This document shows positions 41,788-56,766 of a DNA stretch of 64,000 bases, piece by piece (the first letter of the stretch is position 1; each line of letters starts with the position of its first letter). Both the position numbers and the translations under genes were made by a program. The stretch spans positions 640,001 through 704,000 of the forward strand of contig CAVUQH010000004.1 of NCBI GenBank assembly GCA_963743525.1, written 5' to 3'. Under the pieces are notes generated by a model, which searched no databases, was not told where the DNA came from, and was given only the letters and a program-made list of their open reading frames with translations. The DNA comes from an uncultured delta proteobacterium. GTDB lineage: Bacteria; Myxococcota_A; Polyangia; Haliangiales; Haliangiaceae.

Positions 41788-43212
41788 ATGATCACCTGTC
41801 AGCGTTGTGGGAAGGAGAACCAGGACCACTACAAGTTCTGCCTGGGGTGCGGTGCGGAGCTGAGCGCGCCGCCCAAAGCCCCGGGCCCAGGCGGCGGCGG
41901 CGACATGGCGATGATGAAGACCATGATGGCCGACGTCGGCAGTGGTGCGTCCAGACCGACCCCTCCCGGCGGCGTGCAGCAGCAGTCGGGCGGCCTGCCC
42001 GGCGTTGGTCCGGGTCCGCAGGGCGGCCCGATGGGTCCACGTCCTGGCAGCAGCACCGGCCCCGCCCCGATGGGTCCCGGTCCCGGTCCGATGGGTCCCG
42101 GTCCCGGTCCGATGGGTCCCGGTCCCGGTCCGATGGGTCCCGGCCCCGGTCCGATGGGTCCCGGTCCCGGTCCGATGGGTCCCGGTCCCGGTCCGATGGG
42201 TCCCGGTCCCGGCGCGCCCGGCTCCGGTCCGATGGGCGCGCGCCCGCGTCCCGGCACCAACCCCGTCCCGATGGGACCTGGTCCCGCGCCCGGTCCCGCG
42301 CCGAACTGGGGTCCGCCCCCCGGCCAGAGCCCCGGCGGCCCGACACCGGCAGGCCCGCCTCCCGGCGTGCCGTCGGGCATGCCGTCACCCGGCGCAGCCA
42401 GCCCGCCGGTCGGAGGTCCCGCCCCCGGCGGCGGCCCGCGTCCGTGTCCGTCGTGCGGCACCCCGGTCCCGCCGGCGTTCAAGTTCTGCGGCGCCTGCGG
42501 CCATCGCATGGAAGAGGGCCAGGCCGCCGCGCCGCCCCGCTCCACCGCCGACTTCGCCCAGCAGCCGGCGCGCGTCGCCGGCCTGCACGCCACGCTCACC
42601 CTGATCCGTCCCGACGGCTCCGAGGGCGGCACGCACAACCTGGTCGAGGGCGAGAACATCATCGGCCGCGAGCACGCCGACATCTTCGACCAGGACGGCT
42701 ACCTGTCGCCGACCCACGCCGAGATGATCGTCAACGCCGCCGGTGCCGTCGTCCGCGATCTCGACAGCCTCAACGGCGTGTTCGTGCGCATGACCGAGGA
42801 AGAGCCGATCGAGCCCGGGCAGATCCTGCGCATCGGCCAGGAGCTGCTCCGCTTCGACTCCATCGAGCCGCCCGAGCCGACCGAGGATGGCACCGAGGTG
42901 ATGGGCAGCCCCAACCCCGGTTACTGGGGCAAGATCACCGTGATCATCGGCAGCCACGTCGATGGCTCGGCGTTCCCGCTACTCGGCGACAGCGTCACCC
43001 TGGGCCGCGAGCGCGGCGACATCAACTTCCCCGACGACGGCTACGTCTCGGGGCTGCACGCCCGCCTGTACACCCGGGACGGCAAGGTGTTCCTGTCCGA
43101 TCTGGGCAGCTCCAACGGCACCTTCATCAAGGTGCAGGGAGAGCGGGCGGTCAGCGACGGATCGTTCGTGCTGCTGGGGCAGCAGCTCTTTCGCCTCAAC
43201 CTGCAGACCTGA
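41788..43212 (+). CDS. zinc-ribbon + Gly/Pro-rich linker + tandem FHA domain protein (paralog of the upstream gene)
   Basis: CQRC/CLGC, PMGPGPG repeats, CPSC/CGAC, two FHA domains. Confidence 0.9.
   Translation: MITCQRCGKENQDHYKFCLGCGAELSAPPKAPGPGGGGDMAMMKTMMADVGSGASRPTPPGGVQQQSGGLPGVGPGPQGGPMGPRPGSSTGPAPMGPGPGPMGPGPGPMGPGPGPMGPGPGPMGPGPGPMGPGPGPMGPGPGAPGSGPMGARPRPGTNPVPMGPGPAPGPAPNWGPPPGQSPGGPTPAGPPPGVPSGMPSPGAASPPVGGPAPGGGPRPCPSCGTPVPPAFKFCGACGHRMEEGQAAAPPRSTADFAQQPARVAGLHATLTLIRPDGSEGGTHNLVEGENIIGREHADIFDQDGYLSPTHAEMIVNAAGAVVRDLDSLNGVFVRMTEEEPIEPGQILRIGQELLRFDSIEPPEPTEDGTEVMGSPNPGYWGKITVIIGSHVDGSAFPLLGDSVTLGRERGDINFPDDGYVSGLHARLYTRDGKVFLSDLGSSNGTFIKVQGERAVSDGSFVLLGQQLFRLNLQT
42067..42213 (+). 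repeat. 21-bp tandem repeat x7 encoding PMGPGPG
   Basis: CCGATGGGTCCCGGTCCCGGT units, nearly identical. Confidence 0.95.
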
Positions 43213-43248
43213 GCTCAGGACGCGCCTGCCGGCGACCTTTGCCCATAC

Positions 43249-43335
43249 CTCCTCGCTCCGCTCGGTTGCGTACTGAAGTACGCGCCCTCGGTCGCTGCGG
43301 GGGTGCGGCCAAATCTCACTCGGCAGTGGCGCCCT
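43249..43335 (-). repeat. dispersed ~86-bp intergenic repeat, copy 2
   Basis: Reverse complement aligns with 11349-11434. Contains the hairpin GCGTAC-TGAA-GTACGC. Confidence 0.8.
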
Positions 43336-43348
43336 GCCTGGCCCTGGC

Positions 43349-43759
43349 TTACGGGGTCTTCTTGCCCGTGCCGGAGCCGAGGTCGTCGACCTTGAGCGGC
43401 GCGGGATCGATGTACGTGTAGGCGTCGTCGATGTCGATGCGTCGCGAGTCGCTGAACACCAGGGTCAGCTTGACCTTGTCGCCGGCGTTGCCGCCCGGCG
43501 GAGAGACGATCAACTTGTCGTCGCCGTCGAACTCGAGGACGCGCGCCTTCTTGCCGCCGAAGTAGACGGTCACCGTCTTGGCGCCACCCGACTGGAACCC
43601 GCTGCCGTAGATGGTCACCGGGTCACCACCGGCGAACGGACCTTCGCGCGGCTCGATCTTCCTGATCTTCAGGCCCTCGTCCTTGCCACACCCGACGCCG
43701 CCGGCGAGCAGCGCCAGGCCGACGACGGCGGCCAACACCATGGAACTCTTTCGCAGCAT
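43349..43759 (-). CDS. IPT/TIG-domain lipoprotein
   Basis: Lipobox GVGC; IEPREGPFAGGDPVTIYGSGF...VYFGG. Confidence 0.88.
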   Translation of the reverse strand: MLRKSSMVLAAVVGLALLAGGVGCGKDEGLKIRKIEPREGPFAGGDPVTIYGSGFQSGGAKTVTVYFGGKKARVLEFDGDDKLIVSPPGGNAGDKVKLTLVFSDSRRIDIDDAYTYIDPAPLKVDDLGSGTGKKTP

Positions 43760-43853
43760 TCCTGGGGCCTCCTTCCTGGCCACACGGTATCCCGAGCGGC
43801 CTGCCACGGGCAAGCCCCCGGAATCGCCTAGTTGGCAGGGCCCGGATGGGCCG

Positions 43854-45290
<1,437 letters not shown>

Positions 45291-45580
45291 GGGGGTGCCT
45301 CTTCTCGACGACGCGTGGGCGGGTCCCGGCTTACAGGCACACCGCGAGCGCGAGCCATCACTTAGTTGAGACGCACGGGGGCGGGAAAAGTTTGCTCGGC
45401 GGGGTCGCGTTTCCCGGTCCGTCTGCCTCTGGACATGCCATGAAATAGAACCGACGCTTTGCCGGGCCTATTCCTCGCCCTGAGCCAAGCATTCGGAATC
45501 CCGACGCTCCCGGTCCGCACGTCTGATCCAGACACCGCCGGCCGGCGGCAGGTTGCGGCAGCCCGTGGCGATCCGGCGGG

Positions 45581-47619
<2,039 letters not shown>

Positions 47620-47623
<4 letters not shown>

Positions 47624-48531
47624 CCTCGCATCTCGGCGGCGCGCGCCGCAGCCTCCCGACGGGCGACGAGCTCGCCGACGCGAATCGGTCGAGTCGTTCC
47701 CTCGTCCTCGGGGCGCAACGCGGCCGCCCCCGCCGACATGACCACAATCACTGTAGAGCCCAGGTGGAATGCCCCCAACTCGTCGCCGCGGGCAACCGGA
47801 ACGCCCTCATCGAAGCGCACGCGGTGGACCCGCCGTGTCCGCCGGAACTGGCGGCTCTCCACGCCGGCCGCGGTCACCGAAATGTTGGCCACCCCTGTGG
47901 CCGCCACCATGACCACCGCCACGGGTCCGGCCTCGGTCTCGAGGCGCAAGATCACCCGCTCGTTGCGGGCAAAGACCCCGGGCACGCGGCGGACCGCGCG
48001 CGGGCTGACCGGAAGGTGCACGCCAGGCACCCAGTCGTAGCCGACCAGTCGGCCGTCGACCGGGCTGTGGACCCGGTGATAGTCGCGCGGAGAGAGGTAG
48101 AAGGTGAGGTACAGACCGCCGTCGAGCTCGTCGGCCAACGCGGGGTCGGTGAGCAGATCGGCGAGGAGATATTCCTGTCCCTTGGCCTGGATCAGGTGGC
48201 CGGCGTCGGCAACGCCGCGGGCGGCGAGCTTGCCGTCGGCCGGCGCGACCACGTCGCCGGGAGCACCCTCGGTCGACCGTGCGCCGTCGCGCAGGCGGCG
48301 GGCGAAGAAGTCGCCGAAGCTGGCGTAGCCGTCGAGCGGCAGCTCTGCCTCGTCGAGCGCGACGTCATAGACACGGGCGAAGGCGCCGTACAGCGGCGCG
48401 CGCAGCGGACGCGGAACGCGACGGCGCGACATCCAACCGACAGCACCGCTGAACCAGCCGAGCGGCGCGAGGCCGAGCGCATCGACGAGGGCTCCATCCC
48501 GGTGCGCGCTTTGCGAGTGTAGACCGTTCAC
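47620..48531 (-). CDS. psd: phosphatidylserine decarboxylase
   Basis: FFARRL, APADG, QAKG, YLSPRDYHRVHSP, NER, self-cleavage motif LGST. Confidence 0.95.
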
Positions 48532-48658
48532 GACGGTGGTCCTGCGATTCGGTACTTAGGCCCCCCAGGCCTGGCCCACGTCCGCACAAGTATAGGGACA
48601 TTCGCGAAAAACCACAACAAGCGCCCGCAGTTACGGGCATTTCGGCCACTCCCGGGGC

Positions 48659-48698
48659 AAAAAAAAGGCCGGGAGCGCCGTTGCGGGCGCTCCCGGCC
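48659..48698 (-). terminator. intrinsic terminator after glnA
   Basis: GGCCGGGAGCGCC stem with a T8 tail on the minus strand. Confidence 0.92.
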
Positions 48699-48717
48699 GT
48701 ATTGGCCGTGGTCGGCT

Positions 48718-50130
<1,413 letters not shown>

Positions 50131-50195
50131 GACTGTTGTCTTCTCCCTGAGAGTGAGTAGCTGGACGCGCGGAGCTTAGATCAATGAGCTCCGAG

Positions 50196-50705
<510 letters not shown>

Positions 50706-51561
50706 TCACTCAGTGGCCAGGATCGCCCCGGCCACCGCCAGCGCGCCGTCGCCGAACAACATCGTCATGTGATTGCCCGGCACGACCTCGTAGCGGCATC
50801 CGGGCAGCTCGGCCACGGTGGCGCGCGCCTGATCGTCGAGGACGATGGGCGGCGTACCCGGCGGTCCGAACGGACCGCGGGCGTGGATCAGCAGCGATGG
50901 CGCGCGTACAGCCGCGAGCAGTGCGCCCCAGTCTTCCTTCTGCCCCTCGCTGATCACCCGGGCGATCGTATCCGGAGTGGTGCGCACGCGGACGCCGCCG
51001 CCGGGCAACGGGCGCACGTCGGCGCGGTAGTAGGCAGCGAGATCGCGATCCCAGTAGCCGCCCAGCGCCGGGCTCGCGCGCATCGCGTCGAGGAACCCGT
51101 CGAGCGACGGCCACTCGGTGCCGAGGCGCGCCAGCGACGGCGCGATCAGCTCGAGCACCGCCGGGTTGTCGATGCTCGGCCCGGCGATGTCGATCACCAC
51201 CAGGCGCTGGACCCGCGACGGGTAGCGCGCGGCCAGATAGACCGACAGCAGGCCGCCGTACGAATGACCGCACAGGATCGCGCGCGGCAGGTCGAGCGCG
51301 TCGAGCTACCGCGATGACATCGGCGGCGTGATCGCCGATGGCGTATCCCGACGGCGGCTGATCGCTCTGGCCGCGCCCGCGCAGATCGATCGCCACCGTG
51401 TCAACGGTATCGAGCCCGGCGCTCAACAACCCGTCGAAGCAGTTGGCGTTGGCGGTGAGCCCGTGCAGCAACAGCCGCGTCGGCCCGCGCCGCGGCCCGC
51501 GGCGGAGATAGCGAATGCGCACGCGGTCGCGCACGATCGACCCGTCGATGACCTCACTCAT
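50706..51561 (-). CDS. alpha/beta hydrolase; +1 frameshift near 51308
   Basis: [16 protein letters not shown], then after removing one base [18 protein letters not shown], and GNH. Confidence 0.88.
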
Positions 51562-53076
51562 GCCAGGTAGGCCTCGCGGATGGCCCGCTTCAACGTCTTG
51601 CCGGTCACCCCACGGGGCAGCTCGCCCAGCACCACCACCTCGCGGACGCGCTGGAACTTGGCTTCGACGCGGGCGTTGGTCCAGTCGCGCAGGTCGCCGG
51701 CGTCGGCGCTGCCCGGCTCGTGCAAGATCACCGCGGCGATCGGCGACTCGCCCCACTTGTCGTCGGGCACGCCGAACACCGCCACCTCGCGCACGGCCGG
51801 GTGCTTGGCCACGATCTCCTCGATGTCGCGCGGATAGACGTTGACCCCACCGGAGATGATCATGTCCTTCTTGCGGTCGACCAGGAACAGGAAGCCATCC
51901 TCGTCGAGGTAGCCCAGGTCGCCGGTGTGCAGCCAGCCGCTCGACCAGCGCCTCGGCGGTCTGCTCCGGCCGCTGGTAGTAGCCGGGCATGAGGATCGGT
52001 CCGCGCCCGACAATCTCGCCGACGGTACCGGGCGCGGCGTCGGTGCCGTCGTCGCCGACGATGCGCACCTCGAAGTGCGGCGGCGGCGCGCCGACCGAGC
52101 CCAGCTTGCTGCCGCAGTCGCCGGGCTCGAGCAGGGTCACGAACCCTTCGGTCAGGCCGTACAGCTCGTAGAAGCGACCGGGCAGCCGGCGCTCGAGCTC
52201 CTCCTTGTGATGGGCGTGCAGCGGCGCGCCGACCGAGCAGATCATCTGCAGCGACTGGCCGAGCTCCTCGAGCTCCGGTTGCGCGAGCAGCGCGATCAGC
52301 TGCGACGGCACCATCACGGTGTGCGTGACCCGCTCGCGGGCGATCGTTTCGAGGAATGCGCGCGGCTCGAAGCTCCTGGCCAGGACGTAGGTCGCGCCCA
52401 GATGCAGCGCCGGCATCAAGCTGAGGAAGGCGCCGTTGAACACGATCGAACCGCCGTGCAGGACCACGCTCTCGGGCGTCATGCGATAGGCGCTGGCGAA
52501 CAGCGCGCCGTAGTTGGCCCGCACTTCGTGGGTCAACACGATCCCCTTGGGCAGCCCGGTGGTCCCGCTCGAGTAGATCAGGTTGTACGGATCCGAGCCC
52601 TTGATCGGCACGGCGACCGGCGGCACCGGGCTGGCCGCGCGGCACAGCTCGCGGTAGCTGCGGAAGCCGGGAATGCTGTCGGCATCGCTGATGAGCAGCC
52701 GATCCGGTGCCAACCCCGGCAGCCGCTCGCGCACTTCGGCCAGATGCCCGGCGTGCGCGGCGCTGGTCACCACCACCGACGCGCCGGCATCGGCGAGCAG
52801 ACTGACCAACCCGTTGCCACGAAGCAGCGGGCTGAGCGGCACCACTACCGCGCCGATCTTGGCTCCCGCCCAGTACAGCTCCAGCTGCTCCACCGAGTTG
52901 TCGAGCAGCGTCGCCACGCGATCGCCTTTGCGCACGCCGAGCCCGTGCAACATGTTGGCGACGCGGTTGATGCGCGTGTCCAGCTCCGCCCACGACAGTC
53001 GCGTGTCGCCGCACACCAGCGCCAGGTGCCGCGGCCGATAGCGCGCATGCCGCGCCGTCAGTCCCGAAATTTCCAT
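51558..53076 (-). CDS. acyl-CoA synthetase (AMP-forming); +1 frameshift near 51940
   Basis: [16 protein letters not shown], then [18 protein letters not shown] in the shifted frame. GGAGGA RBS. Confidence 0.92.
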
Positions 53077-53086
53077 CGAGTCCTCC

Positions 53087-53137
53087 TGTAGGTCGCGCCC
53101 AACACCTGCGCGACGCACCTGTTGGCTGCGCCCGACA
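53087..53137. promoter_or_regulatory. tandem palindromic operator/enhancer pair 1
   Basis: TGTAGG-N6-CCAACA (53087) and TGTTGG-N6-CCGACA (53120). Confidence 0.7.
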
Positions 53138-53308
53138 GAACGCGCGGACTGCCGCCGGGGAGTCTGCGCAGCGTCCTCGTCCACGCGTTCTGCGGGCCCA
53201 TATCCGGGTACGCTGCAAAGTTCGCACCGAAGCAAGTGGCGGATGCGTCGCACGCGCCAGCCCATTGCCTGCAACTTGTGCCAACCGTGACGGGTCTATA
53301 GTGCCGCC

Positions 53309-55642
53309 ATGCAACGCCGCAGCTCCGTCATCATCCTGCTCTCGTTGCTGACCGCGTGCGCGTCCAAGAGCGCACCAGTCGCGACGCCAGCCCCGACTCC
53401 CGCGACAGCGCCCGCGGCGCAGCCTGCGCCGGATCCGCTGGTCGCCGAGCTCGACCTCGACTTCGAGGCGGCCAACGGCGGCGCGCGGGACCGGTGGTCG
53501 GTGAAGGGCGACGGCTACGAATCCGCCGTCGTCGAGACCGACCCGCACTCGGGCGCCCACTGCCTGCAGATCAGAGCCGTTGCTCCCAAGCGGTTCGCCG
53601 CCGCCACCAATCACGTGCCAGCGGAGCTGGCGCGGGGCAAGCAGATCGAGCTGACAGGTTACCTGCGCACGGACGGCGTCACCGGCGCCGCCCATCTGTG
53701 GATGCGCGTAGATGGCGCCGACAAGAAGCCGCTGGCCTTCGACAACATGCGCGGCCGCGAGGTGACGGGAACCAGCGCCTGGACCCGTTACTCGATCGTC
53801 CTCGGCGTCCCACCCGACGCCAAGGAGATCTACTTCGGCTCGGCGCTGTCGGGTAACGGAACCATGTGGACGGACACCTTGCGGCTGCACGTGCTCGACT
53901 TGGCCTACGATGCTCCGCTCGACATTGACGGCACCGTGGTCAACGTAGCCGGCGAGCCGGTGCCCGGCGCGATGGTCGTCCTCGTGCCGCTCTACAGCGC
54001 CACCCCGAGCGCCACCGCTGTTGCCGACGCCAAAGGGAGGTTCCATCTCTCCGCTCTCCCGGGCACCTACGGCATCACCTCGACGTTCCCCGGCTTGCGC
54101 GGCGGCTACATCCCGGCGCGGGGGTTCGCGCGAGGCAACTCCCACGACCTGCGGGTGGTCATGGGCGGCAAAGCGTTCACCCACAGCGGCACGCTGGTCG
54201 ACGAGCACGGCGCACCGATCGGCGATACGCTGGTCGGCCTGTCTCGCGTCAGCGACGATGGCGCCGACATCTGGTACACACGCACCGCTACCGACGGATC
54301 CTTCTCGTTCACCGCGATGCCCGCCAGGCTGTACGTTGCGTTCCTGGTCTCGGACGAAGCCTTCGCCGACCCCTTGCCGATCTCCGGGCAGTTGGATCAG
54401 ACGACCGAGCTGCACGGACACCGCGTCGCTCCGGCCCCCGACGACGTCGTCCACTGGATCGGCACGAACGCGATCGGCTTGACCACGGCGGAGGCCGGTC
54501 ACGGCTTCGCCGACATGAAGCCACTGCGCAAGATCGTCGGCAATGCCCGCGTCGTCGGCCTCGGCGAGGCCACGCACGGCACCCGCGAGTTCTTCCAGAT
54601 GAAGCACCGCATGCTCGAGTATCTGGTCGAGAAGATGGGCTTCACGGTCTTCGCCATGGAGGCCAACTTCACCGAGAGCCAGGCCATCGACGACTACGTC
54701 CTCCACGGCACCGGCGACCCGAAGAAGGCGCTGGACGGCATCTACGTCTGGACCTGGAACACCGAAGAGGTCCTGGATCTGATCGAGTGGATGCGCGCGT
54801 ACAACGCCGACCCCGAACACGAGCGCAAGCTGCGCTTCTACGGCGTCGACATGCAAGCCGGCGCGGTGGCGGCCAAGCAGCTCCGCGACTATCTGCAGAA
54901 GGTCGACCCCGAGTACACCGCCACTATCGCCGGCGAGCTGACCAAGATGCAGAGCGACGACTACCTGAACGCGCAGGCCGCGACGCTGGGCCCGACCATC
55001 GACGCCCTGAACAAACGCCTGGACGATCGCCGCAAGGCCTACATGCACGAAAGCGGGCGCCGGCCGTGGCAGATCGCGCGACAAAACGCGCGCCTGCTCG
55101 CCCAGCAGCGAGCCATGAACGTCGCGGCCGGCGACAATGGCCGGCCCGCGGCACGGGACGAGGCGATGGCCGCCAATGTCGAGTGGATCTGGACCGTGGA
55201 ACCCAAGAACACCCGCATCGTTCTATGGGCCCACAACGGTCACATCTCCGAGCACGGCTACTCGGGCGTCAACTCCATGGGCGTCCACCTGAAGAAAGAC
55301 CTGGGCAAACGCTACGTCAACTTCGGGTTCACCTTCGAGCACGGCGGCTTCCGGGCACTTTCCCCGGGGAAGGGAGTCACCGACTTCACCGTGGGCCCCG
55401 CCCCCGTCAACACCATCGGCGCCACCTTCGCCCGCGCCGGCTGCTCGATCTGCGTCCTCGACCTTGGGCACCTGCCCGCCAACTCCTCGGCCGCCGCCTG
55501 GTTCGCCAAGCCCCGTCGCATGCGCGAGATCGGCGCCGTCTACACCACGCCCGACGACATGCTCGGGCCCGTCAACTTCCCCGCGAACTACGACGCCCTC
55601 ATCTTCGTCCGCGAAACCACCCCGGCCCACCCCCTTCGGTAG
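53309..55642 (+). CDS. erythromycin-esterase-family lipoprotein with N-terminal beta-sandwich domains
   Basis: Lipobox LTAC; GLGEATHGTREFF, GVDMQ, RDEAMA, WAHNGH, YDALIFV. Confidence 0.9.
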   Translation: MQRRSSVIILLSLLTACASKSAPVATPAPTPATAPAAQPAPDPLVAELDLDFEAANGGARDRWSVKGDGYESAVVETDPHSGAHCLQIRAVAPKRFAAATNHVPAELARGKQIELTGYLRTDGVTGAAHLWMRVDGADKKPLAFDNMRGREVTGTSAWTRYSIVLGVPPDAKEIYFGSALSGNGTMWTDTLRLHVLDLAYDAPLDIDGTVVNVAGEPVPGAMVVLVPLYSATPSATAVADAKGRFHLSALPGTYGITSTFPGLRGGYIPARGFARGNSHDLRVVMGGKAFTHSGTLVDEHGAPIGDTLVGLSRVSDDGADIWYTRTATDGSFSFTAMPARLYVAFLVSDEAFADPLPISGQLDQTTELHGHRVAPAPDDVVHWIGTNAIGLTTAEAGHGFADMKPLRKIVGNARVVGLGEATHGTREFFQMKHRMLEYLVEKMGFTVFAMEANFTESQAIDDYVLHGTGDPKKALDGIYVWTWNTEEVLDLIEWMRAYNADPEHERKLRFYGVDMQAGAVAAKQLRDYLQKVDPEYTATIAGELTKMQSDDYLNAQAATLGPTIDALNKRLDDRRKAYMHESGRRPWQIARQNARLLAQQRAMNVAAGDNGRPAARDEAMAANVEWIWTVEPKNTRIVLWAHNGHISEHGYSGVNSMGVHLKKDLGKRYVNFGFTFEHGGFRALSPGKGVTDFTVGPAPVNTIGATFARAGCSICVLDLGHLPANSSAAAWFAKPRRMREIGAVYTTPDDMLGPVNFPANYDALIFVRETTPAHPLR

Positions 55643-55659
55643 GGGACAGGCACCGCCCC
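55642..55659 (+). repeat. partial copy of the 65-bp repeat
   Basis: GGGGACAGGCACCGCCCC overlapping the esterase stop codon. Confidence 0.65.
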
Positions 55660-55702
55660 GCGGTCAGTGGCGGCGTTGGCGGGCTTCCCACGACTAGCTC
55701 GG

Positions 55703-55767
55703 GGAGACACGCACCGCCCCAAAAACCCCGCGTCCCACGTGGCTTTTTCGATCGAAGTGGCCAATCA
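55703..55767 (+). repeat. 65-bp repeat, copy 1
   Basis: GGAGACACGCACCGCCCCAAAAACCCCGCGTCCCACGTGGCTTTTTCGATCGAAGTGGCCAATCA. Confidence 0.92.
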
Positions 55768-55800
55768 CTCGCGGCGCTGGTCTCTGCCATACTGGCGGCC

Positions 55801-56010
55801 ATGGCAGCGGATGCACGCTGGCGGGTCGTGCGCTCCACCGACGATCTCCCCCGCCTCCGCGAACAACTCGGCTGGGCGGCGCAGCGACAGAACCAACGGT
55901 TCTCGGAGGCGACGCCGGCCGGGCGACTGTCGACCGAGACCCGACAGAAGTTGATCCTGATTCTGGCACCGGTCGGTCTGCTCGCTGCGGCCGCCCTCTA
56001 CGGCCTCGCC
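55801..56010 (+). pseudogene. 70-codon 5' fragment duplicating the gene at 56113
   Basis: ARWRVVRSTDDLPRLREQLGW...AALYGLA is repeated 312 bp downstream; the fragment ends at repeat copy 2. Confidence 0.8.
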
Positions 56011-56016
56011 GAACGC

Positions 56017-56081
56017 GGGGACACGCACCGCCTCCAAAACCCCGCGTCCTACGTGCAGTTTTCGATCGAAACGTCCAATCA
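56017..56081 (+). repeat. 65-bp repeat, copy 2
   Basis: GGGGACACGCACCGCCTCCAAAACCCCGCGTCCTACGTGCAGTTTTCGATCGAAACGTCCAATCA. Confidence 0.92.
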
Positions 56082-56112
56082 CCCGCGCGGGGGCTCTGCG
56101 ATACTGGCACCG

Positions 56113-56766
56113 ATGACGCAACGAGCACGCTGGCGGGTCGTGCGCTCGACCGACGATCTCCCCCGCCTGCGCGAGCAGCTCGGCTGGGCGGTGCAACGAC
56201 AAAACCACCGGTTCTCGCACGCAACGCCGGCCGGGCGGCTGACGACCGAGACCCGGCAGAAGTTGATCCTGATCGTCTCGCCGGTCGGCCTGCTCGCCGC
56301 TGCCGCGCTCTACGGCCTGGCCCCGGATGACGTGCGCCGTCACTCGGTCGCGTTCGGCGCCCTCATCGCGTTCTTCGTCGCTGCCTTCCTCGCCGGTTTG
56401 TTCCTTCACCGCGTGCGCGGCTGGGCGAGGCGCACGGCCGGCGGGATGATCGCCCGGCGCGTCGCGCGCATCCTCCGCCCGATCGAAGCGAGGGGACCTA
56501 TCACCATCGCCTACGACCTCGACGACGATCGGCTATCCACCAGCATCCCCGAACTCGGCGTCCAGCGCGTCTTCTCGCTCCGCACCGCCGGTCTCGCGCT
56601 TGCCATGCCGGAGTTGGTGGTGCTGTTCCGCCGCAAGCATTCGCTCCACCCACTGCGCACCATCCACCTGCCCGACCCGGCCGAGCGCCAGGCATTCCTC
56701 GACACCCTCACCCGCCTCGGCGTGCCCATCGAAGAGCTGGCCGGCCCGGTCGCCGGCTACGAATGA
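56113..56766 (+). CDS. hypothetical membrane protein (two TM helices)
   Basis: Two hydrophobic segments followed by a soluble C-terminus. The stop TGA is the end of repeat copy 3. Confidence 0.75.
   Translation: MTQRARWRVVRSTDDLPRLREQLGWAVQRQNHRFSHATPAGRLTTETRQKLILIVSPVGLLAAAALYGLAPDDVRRHSVAFGALIAFFVAAFLAGLFLHRVRGWARRTAGGMIARRVARILRPIEARGPITIAYDLDDDRLSTSIPELGVQRVFSLRTAGLALAMPELVVLFRRKHSLHPLRTIHLPDPAERQAFLDTLTRLGVPIEELAGPVAGYE

Noticed and set aside
45291..45580. Possible ncRNA or riboswitch in larger intergenic gaps (also 48532-48658 and 30058-30256)
   Set aside because: I recognised no tRNA cloverleaf or riboswitch consensus. An Rfam/Infernal scan would be needed to exclude one.
53269..53283. 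TTGGCACAAGTTGCA on the minus strand as a sigma54 promoter
   Set aside because: GG-to-GC spacing is 8 bp rather than the strictly required 10 bp.
55801..56322. Diversity-generating retroelement TR/VR pair
   Set aside because: Differences are not adenine-specific, are mostly synonymous, and no reverse transcriptase is present.
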